Positions 1-8,926 of a stretch of DNA of 64,000 nt are shown piece after piece. The translations under genes and the position numbers were made by a program. Below the pieces are notes generated by a model. The model did no database searches. It was not told the DNA's origin and was given only the letters and a program-made list of their open reading frames with translations. The first letter of the stretch is position 1, and each line of letters opens with the position of its first letter. The stretch is from Oscillospiraceae bacterium (GTDB lineage: Bacteria > Bacillota > Clostridia > Oscillospirales > Ruminococcaceae), in the NCBI GenBank assembly GCA_045600205.1, contig JAZRXM010000029.1:58911-122910 (forward strand), given 5' to 3'.

Positions 1-1961
1 CGTGCGGTAACACGCTTTCTTGCGAACTTGCCGTCCTCGGTGAGGGGTTCGTTTGCCTGTGCAACGTAGTAGTTATCCTCTACGTCCGCAGTCATATACA
101 GTACTTCATCGGTGACAACGCCCGTTTCCTTGTTGACCTTGCGGTACGGAGCCTCAATGAAGCCGTAGGTATTGATTCTTGCGAAGGATGCAAGATAAGA
201 GATCAGACCGATGTTCGGACCTTCAGGGGTCTCGATCGGGCACATTCTGCCGTAGTGAGAGTAGTGAACGTCACGGACTTCGAATCCGGCACGGTCACGG
301 GACAAACCGCCGGGGCCCAGTGCGGAAAGACGACGCTTATGTGTCAGTTCGGCAAGCGGGTTGTTCTGGTCCATGAACTGTGACAGCGGAGAGGAACCGA
401 AGAATTCCTTGATCGCTGCGGTGATCGGACGGATGTTGACCAGTGCCTGCGGGGTGACAGAGTCGATATCGGAAGCCTGTACGCTCATGCGCTCACGGAT
501 CACACGCTCCATACGGGCAAAGCCGATACGGAACTGGTTCTGGAGCAGCTCACCGACGGAGCGGATACGGCGGTTGCCGAGGTGGTCGATGTCATCGACT
601 GTGCCGACGCCGTCGCAGAGGTTGCAGAAGTAGCTGATGGAAGCGAAGATGTCATCGCGGACAATGTGCTTCGGAACCAACTCGTCTGCGCGCTTTTTGA
701 TGCCTTCTTCGAGCAGTTCACGGTCGCCGTTTGCTTCATCGAGGATCTCCGCGAGAATGGCTGCGGAAACCTTTTCGTTGATGCCGTATTCGCTGGCATC
801 AAAGTCAATGTAGCCGTTGATATCGACCATGCCGTTACCGAGGATCTTGACCTCACGGGTCACCATCTCGGAGATCGTTTCATGCTTTTTCTCGTCTGTG
901 CGGAGCTGCTTGACCTCAACCGTGACATAGGCCTCGCGGACACCTGCCTGCTCGATCTCCTGTGCAAGTTCGAAGGATACTTTCGTACCTTCCACAGCCA
1001 TCAGCTCACCTGTCATACCGTTGATGACGGGGCGGGAAAGGACATGACCTGCCAGACGGGAAGCAATGCCCAGCTTCTTGTTATATTTGTAACGACCGAA
1101 TCTGGAAAGGTCGTAACGTTTTGCGTCAAAGAACAGATTGTTCAGGAGGGTTTCTGCGCCGTCGATGGTGGCAGGATCGCCCGGACGGAGCTTTTTATAG
1201 ACCTCAAGCAGTGCCTCGGAGGTATTGCGCTCGCCGTCCTTGCCGGCGGTTTCCTTCTGCTCGATGGTTGCTCTGAGTCTGGGGTCGTCGCCGAACAGAT
1301 CAAAGATCTCCTCGTCAGTGCCGACGCCCAGCGCACGGATAAATGTAGTCAGCGGGATCTTACGGTTTTTGTCGATACGGACATAGATGACATCGCTTGC
1401 ATCCATCTCGTATTCGAGCCATGCGCCGCGGTTCGGGATCACAGTGGTGGAGAACAAATCCTTACCGGACTTGTCCTTTGCGGAAGCGTAGTAAACACCC
1501 GGGGAACGGACAAGCTGAGATACGATCACGCGCTCTGCACCGTTGATAACGAAAGTACCGCTTTCGGTCATCAGCGGCATATCGCCCATAAAGATTTCGC
1601 TCTTTTTGACTTCGTCGGTTTCCTTGTTCCAAAGGGCGACGGTCACACGCAAAGGTGCGGCGTAGGTGACGTCACGCTCTTTGCACTCGGCGATGGTGTA
1701 CTTTGGGGTGTCATCGATCTTGAAGTCGATGAAGCTGAGCTGAAGATTACCGTTGAAGTCGGTAATGGCAGCAACATCACGGAACACTTCGCGCAGACCT
1801 TCGGTGCGGAACCAGTTGTAGGAATTCTTCTGCACCTCAATCAGGTTCGGCATCTGCAAAACCTCATTGATTTTGCCGAAGCTTAGGCGTGTGTTCTTAC
1901 CGACCTGCTTTTCGGTGACATCGACCAGCATATGCGGCTGCGGCTTGGATTGCAAGCTCAT
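1..1961 (-). CDS. rpoB: DNA-directed RNA polymerase subunit beta, N-terminal ~653 codons; the 3' end lies beyond the window start
   Basis: Reverse-strand translation from the ATG (complement of 1959-1961) gives [51 protein letters not shown] ... [22 protein letters not shown] ... [22 protein letters not shown] ... [47 protein letters not shown]. These are the conserved RpoB blocks. An AGGAGG RBS sits at the complement of 1971-1976. The gene is missing from the ORF track only because it has no stop inside the window. Confidence 0.97.
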   Translation of the reverse strand, partial: MSLQSKPQPHMLVDVTEKQVGKNTRLSFGKINEVLQMPNLIEVQKNSYNWFRTEGLREVFRDVAAITDFNGNLQLSFIDFKIDDTPKYTIAECKERDVTYAAPLRVTVALWNKETDEVKKSEIFMGDMPLMTESGTFVINGAERVIVSQLVRSPGVYYASAKDKSGKDLFSTTVIPNRGAWLEYEMDASDVIYVRIDKNRKIPLTTFIRALGVGTDEEIFDLFGDDPRLRATIEQKETAGKDGERNTSEALLEVYKKLRPGDPATIDGAETLLNNLFFDAKRYDLSRFGRYKYNKKLGIASRLAGHVLSRPVINGMTGELMAVEGTKVSFELAQEIEQAGVREAYVTVEVKQLRTDEKKHETISEMVTREVKILGNGMVDINGYIDFDASEYGINEKVSAAILAEILDEANGDRELLEEGIKKRADELVPKHIVRDDIFASISYFCNLCDGVGTVDDIDHLGNRRIRSVGELLQNQFRIGFARMERVIRERMSVQASDIDSVTPQALVNIRPITAAIKEFFGSSPLSQFMDQNNPLAELTHKRRLSALGPGGLSRDRAGFEVRDVHYSHYGRMCPIETPEGPNIGLISYLASFARINTYGFIEAPYRKVNKETGVVTDEVLYMTADVEDNYYVAQANEPLTEDGKFARKRVTA

Positions 1962-2108
1962 GGGCAAAAACCTCCTGACTTTTTTATACACAGTGGTTAT
2001 TTTGTAGAAGCACAAGCGGGAGCATATTGACGGATTACGCGGCGGCAGGTCTTCTTCTTCCCCGGAGTGCCTGTGAGGAAAATGCTCCTCTTCCGAAGAA
2101 TTTGGGAC

Positions 2109-2137
2109 TTGACAACACGCGGAATCTATGCTATACT
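2109..2137 (+). promoter_or_regulatory. Near-consensus sigma-A promoter pointing away from rpoB (TTGACA-17-TGcTATACT)
   Basis: TTGACA at 2109-2114, a 17-nt spacer ending in TGc, and TATACT at 2132-2137. Confidence 0.55.
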
Positions 2138-2179
2138 GAATGCGAAAAGGACCGCTTGCGCCTAATCAGGCATTCTACT

Positions 2180-2208
2180 ATTATACATGAAAGCAATACC
2201 TTTGTCAA
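2180..2208 (-). promoter_or_regulatory. Consensus sigma-A promoter for rpoB (TTGACA-17-TGtATAAT) giving a ~210-nt leader
   Basis: The minus strand reads cTTGACAaaggtattgctttcaTGtATAATag. The -35 is the complement of 2203-2208 and the -10 is the complement of 2180-2185. Confidence 0.6.
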
Positions 2209-2246
2209 GCAAAGTGCCCGCTGTAGCTGACAATTTCATCAATTAT

Positions 2247-2279
2247 GCCGCATTTCACTGCTGTGGATGCGGCTTTTTT
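2247..2279 (+). terminator. Rho-independent terminator, plus-strand orientation
   Basis: The stem is GCCGCAT (2247-2253) / ATGCGGC (2267-2273) with inner CAC/GTG pairs, followed by TTTTTT at 2274-2279. Confidence 0.6.
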
Positions 2280-2366
2280 GGTATTATTGCGTTTTTCGCG
2301 ATTTTCAGCCAAAACTGCGCGGTTTTTCGTGCTGAAAAATTTTCAGGAAAAGTCGCGGCGCAGGGA

Positions 2367-2395
2367 TTTACAAAAGCAACGTTTTGTGATATAAT
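2367..2395 (+). promoter_or_regulatory. Sigma-A promoter for the membrane-protein array (TTTACA-17-TGaTATAAT)
   Basis: TTTACA at 2367-2372, a 17-nt spacer, and TATAAT at 2390-2395 with an extended -10 TG. Confidence 0.55.
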
Positions 2396-2425
2396 AAAAT
2401 AGAATAGGTATCTGCATCTGATTGT

Positions 2426-3262
2426 ATGCAAAGGAGGCATTGGAATTTGGGAAGTATTTATACCGATGACGTGCGGGAAGCAAACTATCGCAAAAATAAA
2501 AAAAACATGAAATATCTCAACTACGGCTATGACCATCTCATGGGTATTGCCTTGATTATCGGCATGGGAAAAGCTCTGGTAATGGCGTTCAATGGTCTGA
2601 CATCCGGTATTTTGAGTGTCAACGGCAACCCCGCTGTCCTGCGAGATTTCTTTCTGTTTTTGGTAGCGGCAGTGGTTGTCATTTATACGCTGTCCCTCAA
2701 AACCGTAAGGTCTGCGGCGATTGCACTGTGTGTTGCGTTTGTCTGCGATCTTCTGGCGGGCTTGTATTCCGACGTGCTGCTGTTTGTGGTACTCGCTATT
2801 TTATCGCTGGTACTTGCAAAATGCTGGGAAAAACTTTCGGAGGAGGAGGGATTCCCGCTCTTTGACATTCCGTTCAGTGAACTGGAGGAACGCAGGGAGA
2901 TTGCCGAAAAGCGCACCCGCTATCAGGCAAATTTGCTGGGAGAACGCGAGCGCAGAGTCCGAATGGATGCCTCCGAGATATTTGCAAGAGATTACCATGC
3001 CACCCCGGAGGAAGCACCACCCATTACGACGCCTGTAAAAGAAGAAATGCAGGATCTTCTTGATTTTGAAGCCGCACAGATCGAAAAGCAGAATCTGGAA
3101 CAATACCACGACCGTTCCCGCGATGCTGTGCGCAATGACCCGCAGCTTTCTGAGAATGCCACAGAAATGCTCCGCGATGTGCATATCCTGAACGATCATA
3201 CGACCGTTGCTCCCGCTCAATCAACACAGGAAAATGGAAAGGAAGGCGAATCTTATGTCTGA
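2426..3262 (+). CDS. Hypothetical membrane protein, paralog 1 of 3 (TM bundle, EEGFPLF motif, acidic disordered tail)
   Basis: This is the ORF-track frame. The likely true start is the TTG at 2447, 9 nt after AAGGAGG (2431-2437). Hydrophobic segments include LMGIALIIGMGKALVMAF, FFLFLVAAVVVIYTL and VLLFVVLAILSLVLA. They are followed by KLSEEEGFPLFDIPF and a charged tail. Confidence 0.75.
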   Translation: MQRRHWNLGSIYTDDVREANYRKNKKNMKYLNYGYDHLMGIALIIGMGKALVMAFNGLTSGILSVNGNPAVLRDFFLFLVAAVVVIYTLSLKTVRSAAIALCVAFVCDLLAGLYSDVLLFVVLAILSLVLAKCWEKLSEEEGFPLFDIPFSELEERREIAEKRTRYQANLLGERERRVRMDASEIFARDYHATPEEAPPITTPVKEEMQDLLDFEAAQIEKQNLEQYHDRSRDAVRNDPQLSENATEMLRDVHILNDHTTVAPAQSTQENGKEGESYV

Positions 3263-4115
3263 AATGGTAAAAAATATTGATCCGCAGAATCCCTTTGGTG
3301 ATTCGGCACCGAAAATTGTCCACATGGAGAAAAATGAATCCCATTATGAGTGCTGCCGTATGCAGATGCACGAGATCGAACATACCCACAGACGGACGTT
3401 TATTGCCAATCTGTTTCTCTGCCTGCTGGTTTCGTTCCTTTCTGTTTTTTCTGTCTATGTCAAGGGATTTTCGTTCTTCAGCGTCATGTTTATCGGTGTT
3501 GACAGAATGTCTGTGACAAATGCAAGACTCGGCGGCGGCATTTTCCAGATCGTTGCCGCAATGATAATCATTATCATCGGTTACTTTGCATGGGCAAATT
3601 TCCGCTCTTTGAACATCATTCTCATGGTGTGGTACGGACTGGTGACGAGCTTCGGTATTTTTGGCGGTGATTACATTTCTGCCGTCATTGGCGTGATCGG
3701 TCTTTCGTTCTATATTATTTCCATGCAGGCACTCCGTCGCGAGGGCGCACTGGAGCAGATGGAGGGTTACCCCGAATTCCGCGAGAAATTCGATATCAAT
3801 AAATCGGATTATGTTTTGCAGACCTTGCTTGCACACCGCGGCGAGCATCACGAGCGTCCGTCTTTCTTTACGGGCAAGACTTCTCTGCGCAAGAAAAAGA
3901 AGAAGCAGCTTTCCGAGGAAGAAGACGCCGTGCGTGCGGAAATGAAAACAGATGCACTTGCTGCGGAACTCGCAAAACAGATTGCTGCAACGAAAGACGC
4001 CGAGGCTGCCGAGCGTGCAGTCAAAGAGGTGGAACTGCTGACCAAAGATCAGCTTGCACCCGCAAAATCATCGGATACACCTGATGAAATGCAGGATGTT
4101 ACAACGGAAAAATAA
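3255..4115 (+). CDS. Hypothetical membrane protein, paralog 2 of 3 (TM bundle, MEGYPEF motif, Lys/Glu-rich tail)
   Basis: The ATG at 3255 follows GGAAAGGAAGG and overlaps the upstream stop (ATGTCTGA), indicating translational coupling. There are four hydrophobic segments, then LEQMEGYPEFREKF, and a KKKKK/EEED tail. Confidence 0.8.
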   Translation: MSEMVKNIDPQNPFGDSAPKIVHMEKNESHYECCRMQMHEIEHTHRRTFIANLFLCLLVSFLSVFSVYVKGFSFFSVMFIGVDRMSVTNARLGGGIFQIVAAMIIIIIGYFAWANFRSLNIILMVWYGLVTSFGIFGGDYISAVIGVIGLSFYIISMQALRREGALEQMEGYPEFREKFDINKSDYVLQTLLAHRGEHHERPSFFTGKTSLRKKKKKQLSEEEDAVRAEMKTDALAAELAKQIAATKDAEAAERAVKEVELLTKDQLAPAKSSDTPDEMQDVTTEK

Positions 4116-4164
4116 GATACAGTATCTATAAAACAACAATTTTCTTTCCAAAGGAGTACTGGAT

Positions 4165-5082
4165 ATGGGCTTGACAGATCAGGGCGTCAGAGAATTAAAA
4201 GCGGATCAGAACCGTGAGCGGATGTTTCGTGTCAGCAAGAATTATAAAATGATGTTCTGGCTGCAATTGCTGCTCGCGGTCGCATTTGCGGTGCTGGCTG
4301 CAAAATATGCAAGCGTGACTTCTCATGAGGAAAACGCAACCTTCTATGCAGGACTGAATGCGGGCGCATTCCAGTTTTTATACTGTCTGCTGTCCATCGG
4401 TATTGCCGTGTGCATTCATCTGAAAGCCACATGGATCCAGTATCCTGCACTCGGCATATACACGGTCATGATACTGGCTGCGCTGTTCAATATGAGTATC
4501 TCTGCGATTCCTCTTTTGCTGGCAAGTGCAGTGGGAATCGGGGTGCAGATCTTCCTGATGCCTTCGAAAAACGAACTGCTGCAACTCAAACAGGAAGAAG
4601 GCTACCCGCTGTTCACGGGCTTGGATATGAGCTCGGAGTATGAGGTACCGAAACACGTTACTTTCAAAAATGCAAACAGCAGAATGGATACCATTGGCGG
4701 CGAAACCGAAACAGAACAGACCTCTGCGGAAAATTTTGCGGAAACCATGCCGTCGCCTGTATTATCTTCTGAGCAATCAGCGGATTTAGCCGCAATGTTG
4801 ACGCAGGATTTCTCTGAAGTGCCTGCCGAAGCAGGTCGCCGCTCGGATACATTCGGTACGGCGGATTTGCGCGAGGATGTTGTTGCTTTTGCAGATACCG
4901 CAAGCGCAGGCAGAATGGAGGACTTCTCTGAAATATCCGAGCCCTCCGCTGATTTGTCGCTTGCCGATATGAATGCCACACAGGCATCGCATATGTATAC
5001 CCCGCACGCAGAGCAGCTTCCCTCCCGCGAGGAAGTGTTGGAGCGTCTGCGGAATATGAAAGATCTGCGCGAGGAACAGTGA
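4165..5082 (+). CDS. Hypothetical membrane protein, paralog 3 of 3 (TM bundle, EEGYPLF motif, acidic tail)
   Basis: An AAAGGAG RBS lies upstream of the ATG at 4165. Hydrophobic segments are followed by LLQLKQEEGYPLFTGLDM and then a long Ser/Glu/Asp/Ala-rich tail. Confidence 0.8.
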   Translation: MGLTDQGVRELKADQNRERMFRVSKNYKMMFWLQLLLAVAFAVLAAKYASVTSHEENATFYAGLNAGAFQFLYCLLSIGIAVCIHLKATWIQYPALGIYTVMILAALFNMSISAIPLLLASAVGIGVQIFLMPSKNELLQLKQEEGYPLFTGLDMSSEYEVPKHVTFKNANSRMDTIGGETETEQTSAENFAETMPSPVLSSEQSADLAAMLTQDFSEVPAEAGRRSDTFGTADLREDVVAFADTASAGRMEDFSEISEPSADLSLADMNATQASHMYTPHAEQLPSREEVLERLRNMKDLREEQ

Positions 5083-5132
5083 TTTCCCCTTGATTCTTAT
5101 TGTATGACAGAAGGACAGGAGGTGCAGGCACG

Positions 5133-6662
5133 ATGTTTGCATCGGTGAAAAGCTACGGCTTATTCGGACTCAATGCGTTCCCTGTGGAAGTGGAAATTTC
5201 CGTCAGTAAGGGCATTCCGCGCTTTGAGATTGTCGGTTTGGCGGATACGGCGGTGCAGGAAAGCCGTGAGCGTATCAAATCGGCACTTCATGCCTGCGGA
5301 ATCATTTTTCCGACTTCTAATAGTGTCGTCAACCTTGCGCCTGCAAATATGCGTAAAAACGGCAGTATGCACGACCTTGCGATTCTTCTGGCGATTCTCT
5401 CCGCACTTGGCAGAGTTCAGGTGCCGCCCGATGCCGCAGTCATCGGTGAAGTGTCGCTCAACGGAGATGTCCGCAGGGTAAACGGCGTTCTGCCGATGAC
5501 TTTGCTCGCAAAACAAAACGGCATCCGCACCATGTATGTTCCTGCGGAAAATGCAGGAGAAGCGGCAGTCGTGGAGGGCATTACGGTCTATGGTGTGCCG
5601 AGTGCAGCGGCGTTATTGGAACATCTGGAGGGCGAGAAGCTCCTGACGGAAGAACCGCACATCGGAATTGCACAGACAGAACAGCCGATCGTCCCCGATT
5701 TTGCGGATGTACACGGGCAAAACAATGCCAAATACGCGCTGGAGCTTGCTGCGGCAGGCGGACATAATGCGCTGCTCATCGGGCCGCCCGGTTCCGGCAA
5801 AAGTATGCTTGCCAAGCGTATGCCCGGAATTTTACCCGAAATGACCTTTGCAGAATCCATCGAAACCACGCAGATCCATTCGGTTGCGGGACTCCTTGAT
5901 GCGGAGCATCCGCTGGTGACCACCCGACCGTTCCGCTCGCCGCACCACACGATCTCTTCGGCAGGTCTGGCAGGCGGCGGTACGATACCGCACCCCGGCG
6001 AGATTTCCCTCGCGCACAATGGTCTGCTGTTTCTGGATGAACTGGCGGAATTTGACCGCCGTACCTTAGAACTCCTGCGGCAGCCGCTGGAGGACAGAGA
6101 AGTGACCATATCCCGTGCGGCAGGCACCGTGCGTTATCCCTGCGCGATCATGCTGATTGCCGCAATGAACCCCTGCCCCTGCGGATATCTGGGGCATCCT
6201 ACGCGCCCGTGTACCTGCGGACAGCGTGCGGCAGCCAACTATCTCAACAAAATTTCAGGTCCGCTCCTTGACCGCTTCGATTTGCATATTGAAGCAGCTC
6301 CCGTTTCCTTTGATGACCTCTCGACAGAGAAAAAAGAGGAATCCAGTGTGGAGATCCGTAAGCGCGTGATTGCCGCAAGAGCGATTCAGACAGAGCGGTA
6401 TGCAGGGACAAAAATCACCTGTAATGCGAGAATTACGCCTGATTTGCTTGCAAAATTCTGTCCGATGACGGATAAGGCAAAACAGCGGCTCAAAAATGTA
6501 TTTGAAAAATTTGGGCTTTCGGCACGCGCCTATGACCGTTTGCTGAAAGTTGCACGTACTTCCGCGGATTTGCAGCGGAGTGAAGTGATAGAAGAGCGCC
6601 ATATTGCGGAGGCGGTACAGTATCGTACATTGGACCGCAAATATTGGCGCGCAACAGAATAA
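5133..6662 (+). CDS. comM: YifB/ComM family Mg-chelatase-like AAA+ ATPase
   Basis: MFASVKSYGLFGLNAFPVEVEISVSKGIPRFEIVGLADTAVQESRERIKSAL, Walker A LLIGPPGSGKSMLAKR, and GLLFLDELAEF. An AGGAGG RBS lies 10 nt upstream of the ATG at 5133. Confidence 0.93.
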   Translation: MFASVKSYGLFGLNAFPVEVEISVSKGIPRFEIVGLADTAVQESRERIKSALHACGIIFPTSNSVVNLAPANMRKNGSMHDLAILLAILSALGRVQVPPDAAVIGEVSLNGDVRRVNGVLPMTLLAKQNGIRTMYVPAENAGEAAVVEGITVYGVPSAAALLEHLEGEKLLTEEPHIGIAQTEQPIVPDFADVHGQNNAKYALELAAAGGHNALLIGPPGSGKSMLAKRMPGILPEMTFAESIETTQIHSVAGLLDAEHPLVTTRPFRSPHHTISSAGLAGGGTIPHPGEISLAHNGLLFLDELAEFDRRTLELLRQPLEDREVTISRAAGTVRYPCAIMLIAAMNPCPCGYLGHPTRPCTCGQRAAANYLNKISGPLLDRFDLHIEAAPVSFDDLSTEKKEESSVEIRKRVIAARAIQTERYAGTKITCNARITPDLLAKFCPMTDKAKQRLKNVFEKFGLSARAYDRLLKVARTSADLQRSEVIEERHIAEAVQYRTLDRKYWRATE

Positions 6663-6692
6663 AGATGTGTCAGAAGAAAGGAATACCCCCTC

Positions 6693-7835
6693 GTGAAACG
6701 GATTTTCGAAAGTCTGCGGCAGTTTGTCAAGCGGCTCGATAAGCTGCTTCTGCTGCTGATTACCGTCTGCGGCGTGACCTCTGTGGTATTGCTGCGGCTG
6801 CTCTGGACAAAGGGAATTACCGACCAGGTCGATTCGAATGACTGGCTGGTGCAGCTGATTTCCATGGGCATCGGATTGGCGGGATGTCTGGTCATTTCCG
6901 CAATGGATTACCACAAGCTCGCCAAATTTTGGTTTTTGTATGCCCCGCTCACCCTTGGACTTGTCGCGCTGACCTTTACGCCATTGGGATACGGTCGTGC
7001 GGGCGCGGATGATATTGCATGGGTTGACCTCGGTTTCATCCAGATTCAACCGTCCGAAATTATGAAAATTGCATTTCTGCTGACGTTTTCACTGCATATT
7101 TCCAAATGCGGCGACAAACTGAATCAGCCGAAAAAATTGATTTTACTCCTGTTGCACGCCGCGATTCCGATGGGTATTGTGGCAGTGCAGGGCGACTACG
7201 GCACTGCAATCGTATTTGCGGCAATGACCGTATTTATGTTGTTTTCCGCAGGGCTCAGCTTCTGGTATCTGCTGGCAGGTGCGGCAATGCTCCCCATCGC
7301 GGGCGTGATCCTTTGGAAATACGTCTTTGGCGATGTTCACCGCAACCGTATTCTGGTGCTGTTGCATCCCGGTACGGATCCCCTCGGCGTAGAATATCAG
7401 CAGGACCTGGGCTTGAAGGCAATTCGCGCAGGAAAATTATTCGGTCTTGGCACGGACGCGGAGGCGTATGTGGCAGTGCCCGAAATGCACAATGACTTTA
7501 TTTTCTCGTTTGTGGCGCAGGTGTTCGGATTTGTCGGAGCAGTGGCTGCCGTTGTGATCATGGCACTCATCTGTCTGCGGATTTTTGCAAACAGCCACGC
7601 TGCAAAAGATACCATGGGCAAAACCATCTGTATGGGCGTGTTTGCAATTCTTTTCACGCATTATCTGATGAATCTCGGCATGGTGCTGAAGGTGCTGCCT
7701 GTTATCGGTATTCCGCTGCCGTTTTTCAGCGCGGGCGGTACCGCAATGGTTTCCATGTACCTCAGCGTGGGACTTGTCATCAGCGCATATACGCACAATA
7801 CGAAGAAATATCGTCTGTTCTATGAGGCAGAGTGA
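6693..7835 (+). CDS. SEDS family peptidoglycan polymerase (FtsW/RodA/SpoVE-type)
   Basis: A polytopic protein with a GTG start. It carries QPSEIMKIAFLL, PEMHNDFIFSFVAQVFGFVG and GIPLPFFSAGGTAM, which are typical SEDS blocks. Confidence 0.9.
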   Translation: MKRIFESLRQFVKRLDKLLLLLITVCGVTSVVLLRLLWTKGITDQVDSNDWLVQLISMGIGLAGCLVISAMDYHKLAKFWFLYAPLTLGLVALTFTPLGYGRAGADDIAWVDLGFIQIQPSEIMKIAFLLTFSLHISKCGDKLNQPKKLILLLLHAAIPMGIVAVQGDYGTAIVFAAMTVFMLFSAGLSFWYLLAGAAMLPIAGVILWKYVFGDVHRNRILVLLHPGTDPLGVEYQQDLGLKAIRAGKLFGLGTDAEAYVAVPEMHNDFIFSFVAQVFGFVGAVAAVVIMALICLRIFANSHAAKDTMGKTICMGVFAILFTHYLMNLGMVLKVLPVIGIPLPFFSAGGTAMVSMYLSVGLVISAYTHNTKKYRLFYEAE

Positions 7836-7839
7836 AAGG

Positions 7840-8619
7840 ATGCAAATGGAAGCTTTTTCCCGTACAGCGATGCTGCTTGGCGATGACGCGATGCAGCGGA
7901 TTTTCGCGGCACACGTTTGTGTCATCGGATTGGGCGGTGTCGGCTCGTATGTCGCGGAGGTGCTTGCAAGAGGCGGCGTCGGCGCATTGACGCTCGTGGA
8001 TGCGGATACCGTTACAGACAGCAATCGCAATCGTCAGCTTTGCGCCCTGACCTCAACGGTCGGGATGCCGAAAGCAGAGGTCTTGCGGCAGCGGGTGTTG
8101 GATATCAACCCTGAATGCAAAGTGACTGCACTTCCGATTCGCTACACAGGCACGGAACTGGATCTTTCACAGTATACATATATCGCAGATGCGATTGATT
8201 CGGTCGCTGATAAATTGAATCTGCTGGAAAATGCAGCAAAAAACGGCGTACCGATTCTGGCGTGCATGGGCGCGGGCAACAAGCTCGACCCCATGGGATT
8301 CCGCGTCTGTGATTTGGAAAAAACCTATGGCTGTCCCCTTGCGAAGCGAATCCGTCTTGCCATGCGCAAGCGCGGCGTGAAGCATTTGCAGGTGGTGTTT
8401 TCCCCGGAAGAACCCGTTATGCAGATACAGCAAACAAACGATTCTGATGACAATCTGCATCCTGTGCGACCGCCTGTCGGCAGCGCGCCGTGGGTACCGG
8501 GGGCGGCAGGTCTGCTAATGGCAGGCACGATTTTACAGGCAATTGCGGCAGGGCAACTCATCCCGCCGAGTTATCAACCCGCAAATTCAAATCAAGATTC
8601 CCAAGAAGGAGCAAATTAA
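7840..8619 (+). CDS. tcdA: tRNA threonylcarbamoyladenosine dehydratase (ThiF/HesA/MoeB fold, TcdA/YgdL type)
   Basis: FSRTAMLLGDDAMQRIFAAHVCVIGLGGVGSYVAEVLARGGVGALTLVDADTVTDSNRNRQ. The start is the ATG at 7840 or 7846, and the latter has better RBS spacing. Confidence 0.85.
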   Translation: MQMEAFSRTAMLLGDDAMQRIFAAHVCVIGLGGVGSYVAEVLARGGVGALTLVDADTVTDSNRNRQLCALTSTVGMPKAEVLRQRVLDINPECKVTALPIRYTGTELDLSQYTYIADAIDSVADKLNLLENAAKNGVPILACMGAGNKLDPMGFRVCDLEKTYGCPLAKRIRLAMRKRGVKHLQVVFSPEEPVMQIQQTNDSDDNLHPVRPPVGSAPWVPGAAGLLMAGTILQAIAAGQLIPPSYQPANSNQDSQEGAN

Positions 8620-8620
8620 C

Positions 8621-8926
8621 ATGGACACATCTATTTTTCCGATCGGTATGAACAAGCACATCGGCTTTTGCGTGATTGCAGCGGTATTCTTTATCCTGCA
8701 ATTTATCCGCAACAAGTATTGGTATGAACTTGTGCTGGCAGCGGCAGTTCTCTGTTCTCTGCTTGTGTATGTCAGCGATAGCCCTGCATGGTTCTATGGC
8801 GTCGGTATTCTGGAGGCTGTACTGCTGATCGCCGCTATTGTGGTCTATTTCATTCAGTATCGCAAAATCAGAAAGCAGGAGAAAATTCAGGCATCTCTGG
8901 ATGCTGCAATGGAGAATCACGTATGA
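8621..8926 (+). CDS. Small hypothetical membrane protein (~101 aa, 3 TM)
   Basis: The ATG is 1 nt after the tcdA stop, and the stop overlaps the next start (ATGA). Three hydrophobic helices are present. Confidence 0.65.
   Translation: MDTSIFPIGMNKHIGFCVIAAVFFILQFIRNKYWYELVLAAAVLCSLLVYVSDSPAWFYGVGILEAVLLIAAIVVYFIQYRKIRKQEKIQASLDAAMENHV

Larger units (their letters stand above)
2144..2279 (+). ncRNA. Candidate ~135-nt small transcript (promoter to intrinsic terminator), antisense to the rpoB promoter and 5' leader
   Basis: It is delimited by the promoter at 2109-2137 and the terminator at 2247-2279. It has no RBS-preceded ORF and no riboswitch motif that I recognise. Confidence 0.3.

Noticed and set aside
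582-1886. A 434-aa plus-strand ORF in the ORF track.
   Set aside because: It is the antisense shadow of rpoB. Its translation is low-complexity (Asp/Val/Leu/Gly-rich) with no RBS, while the opposite strand gives unmistakable RpoB sequence.
2187-2402. A 71-aa ORF in the rpoB upstream region.
   Set aside because: It has no RBS and reads straight through an intrinsic terminator and the next promoter. The region is better explained as non-coding, and the candidate sRNA is reported separately.
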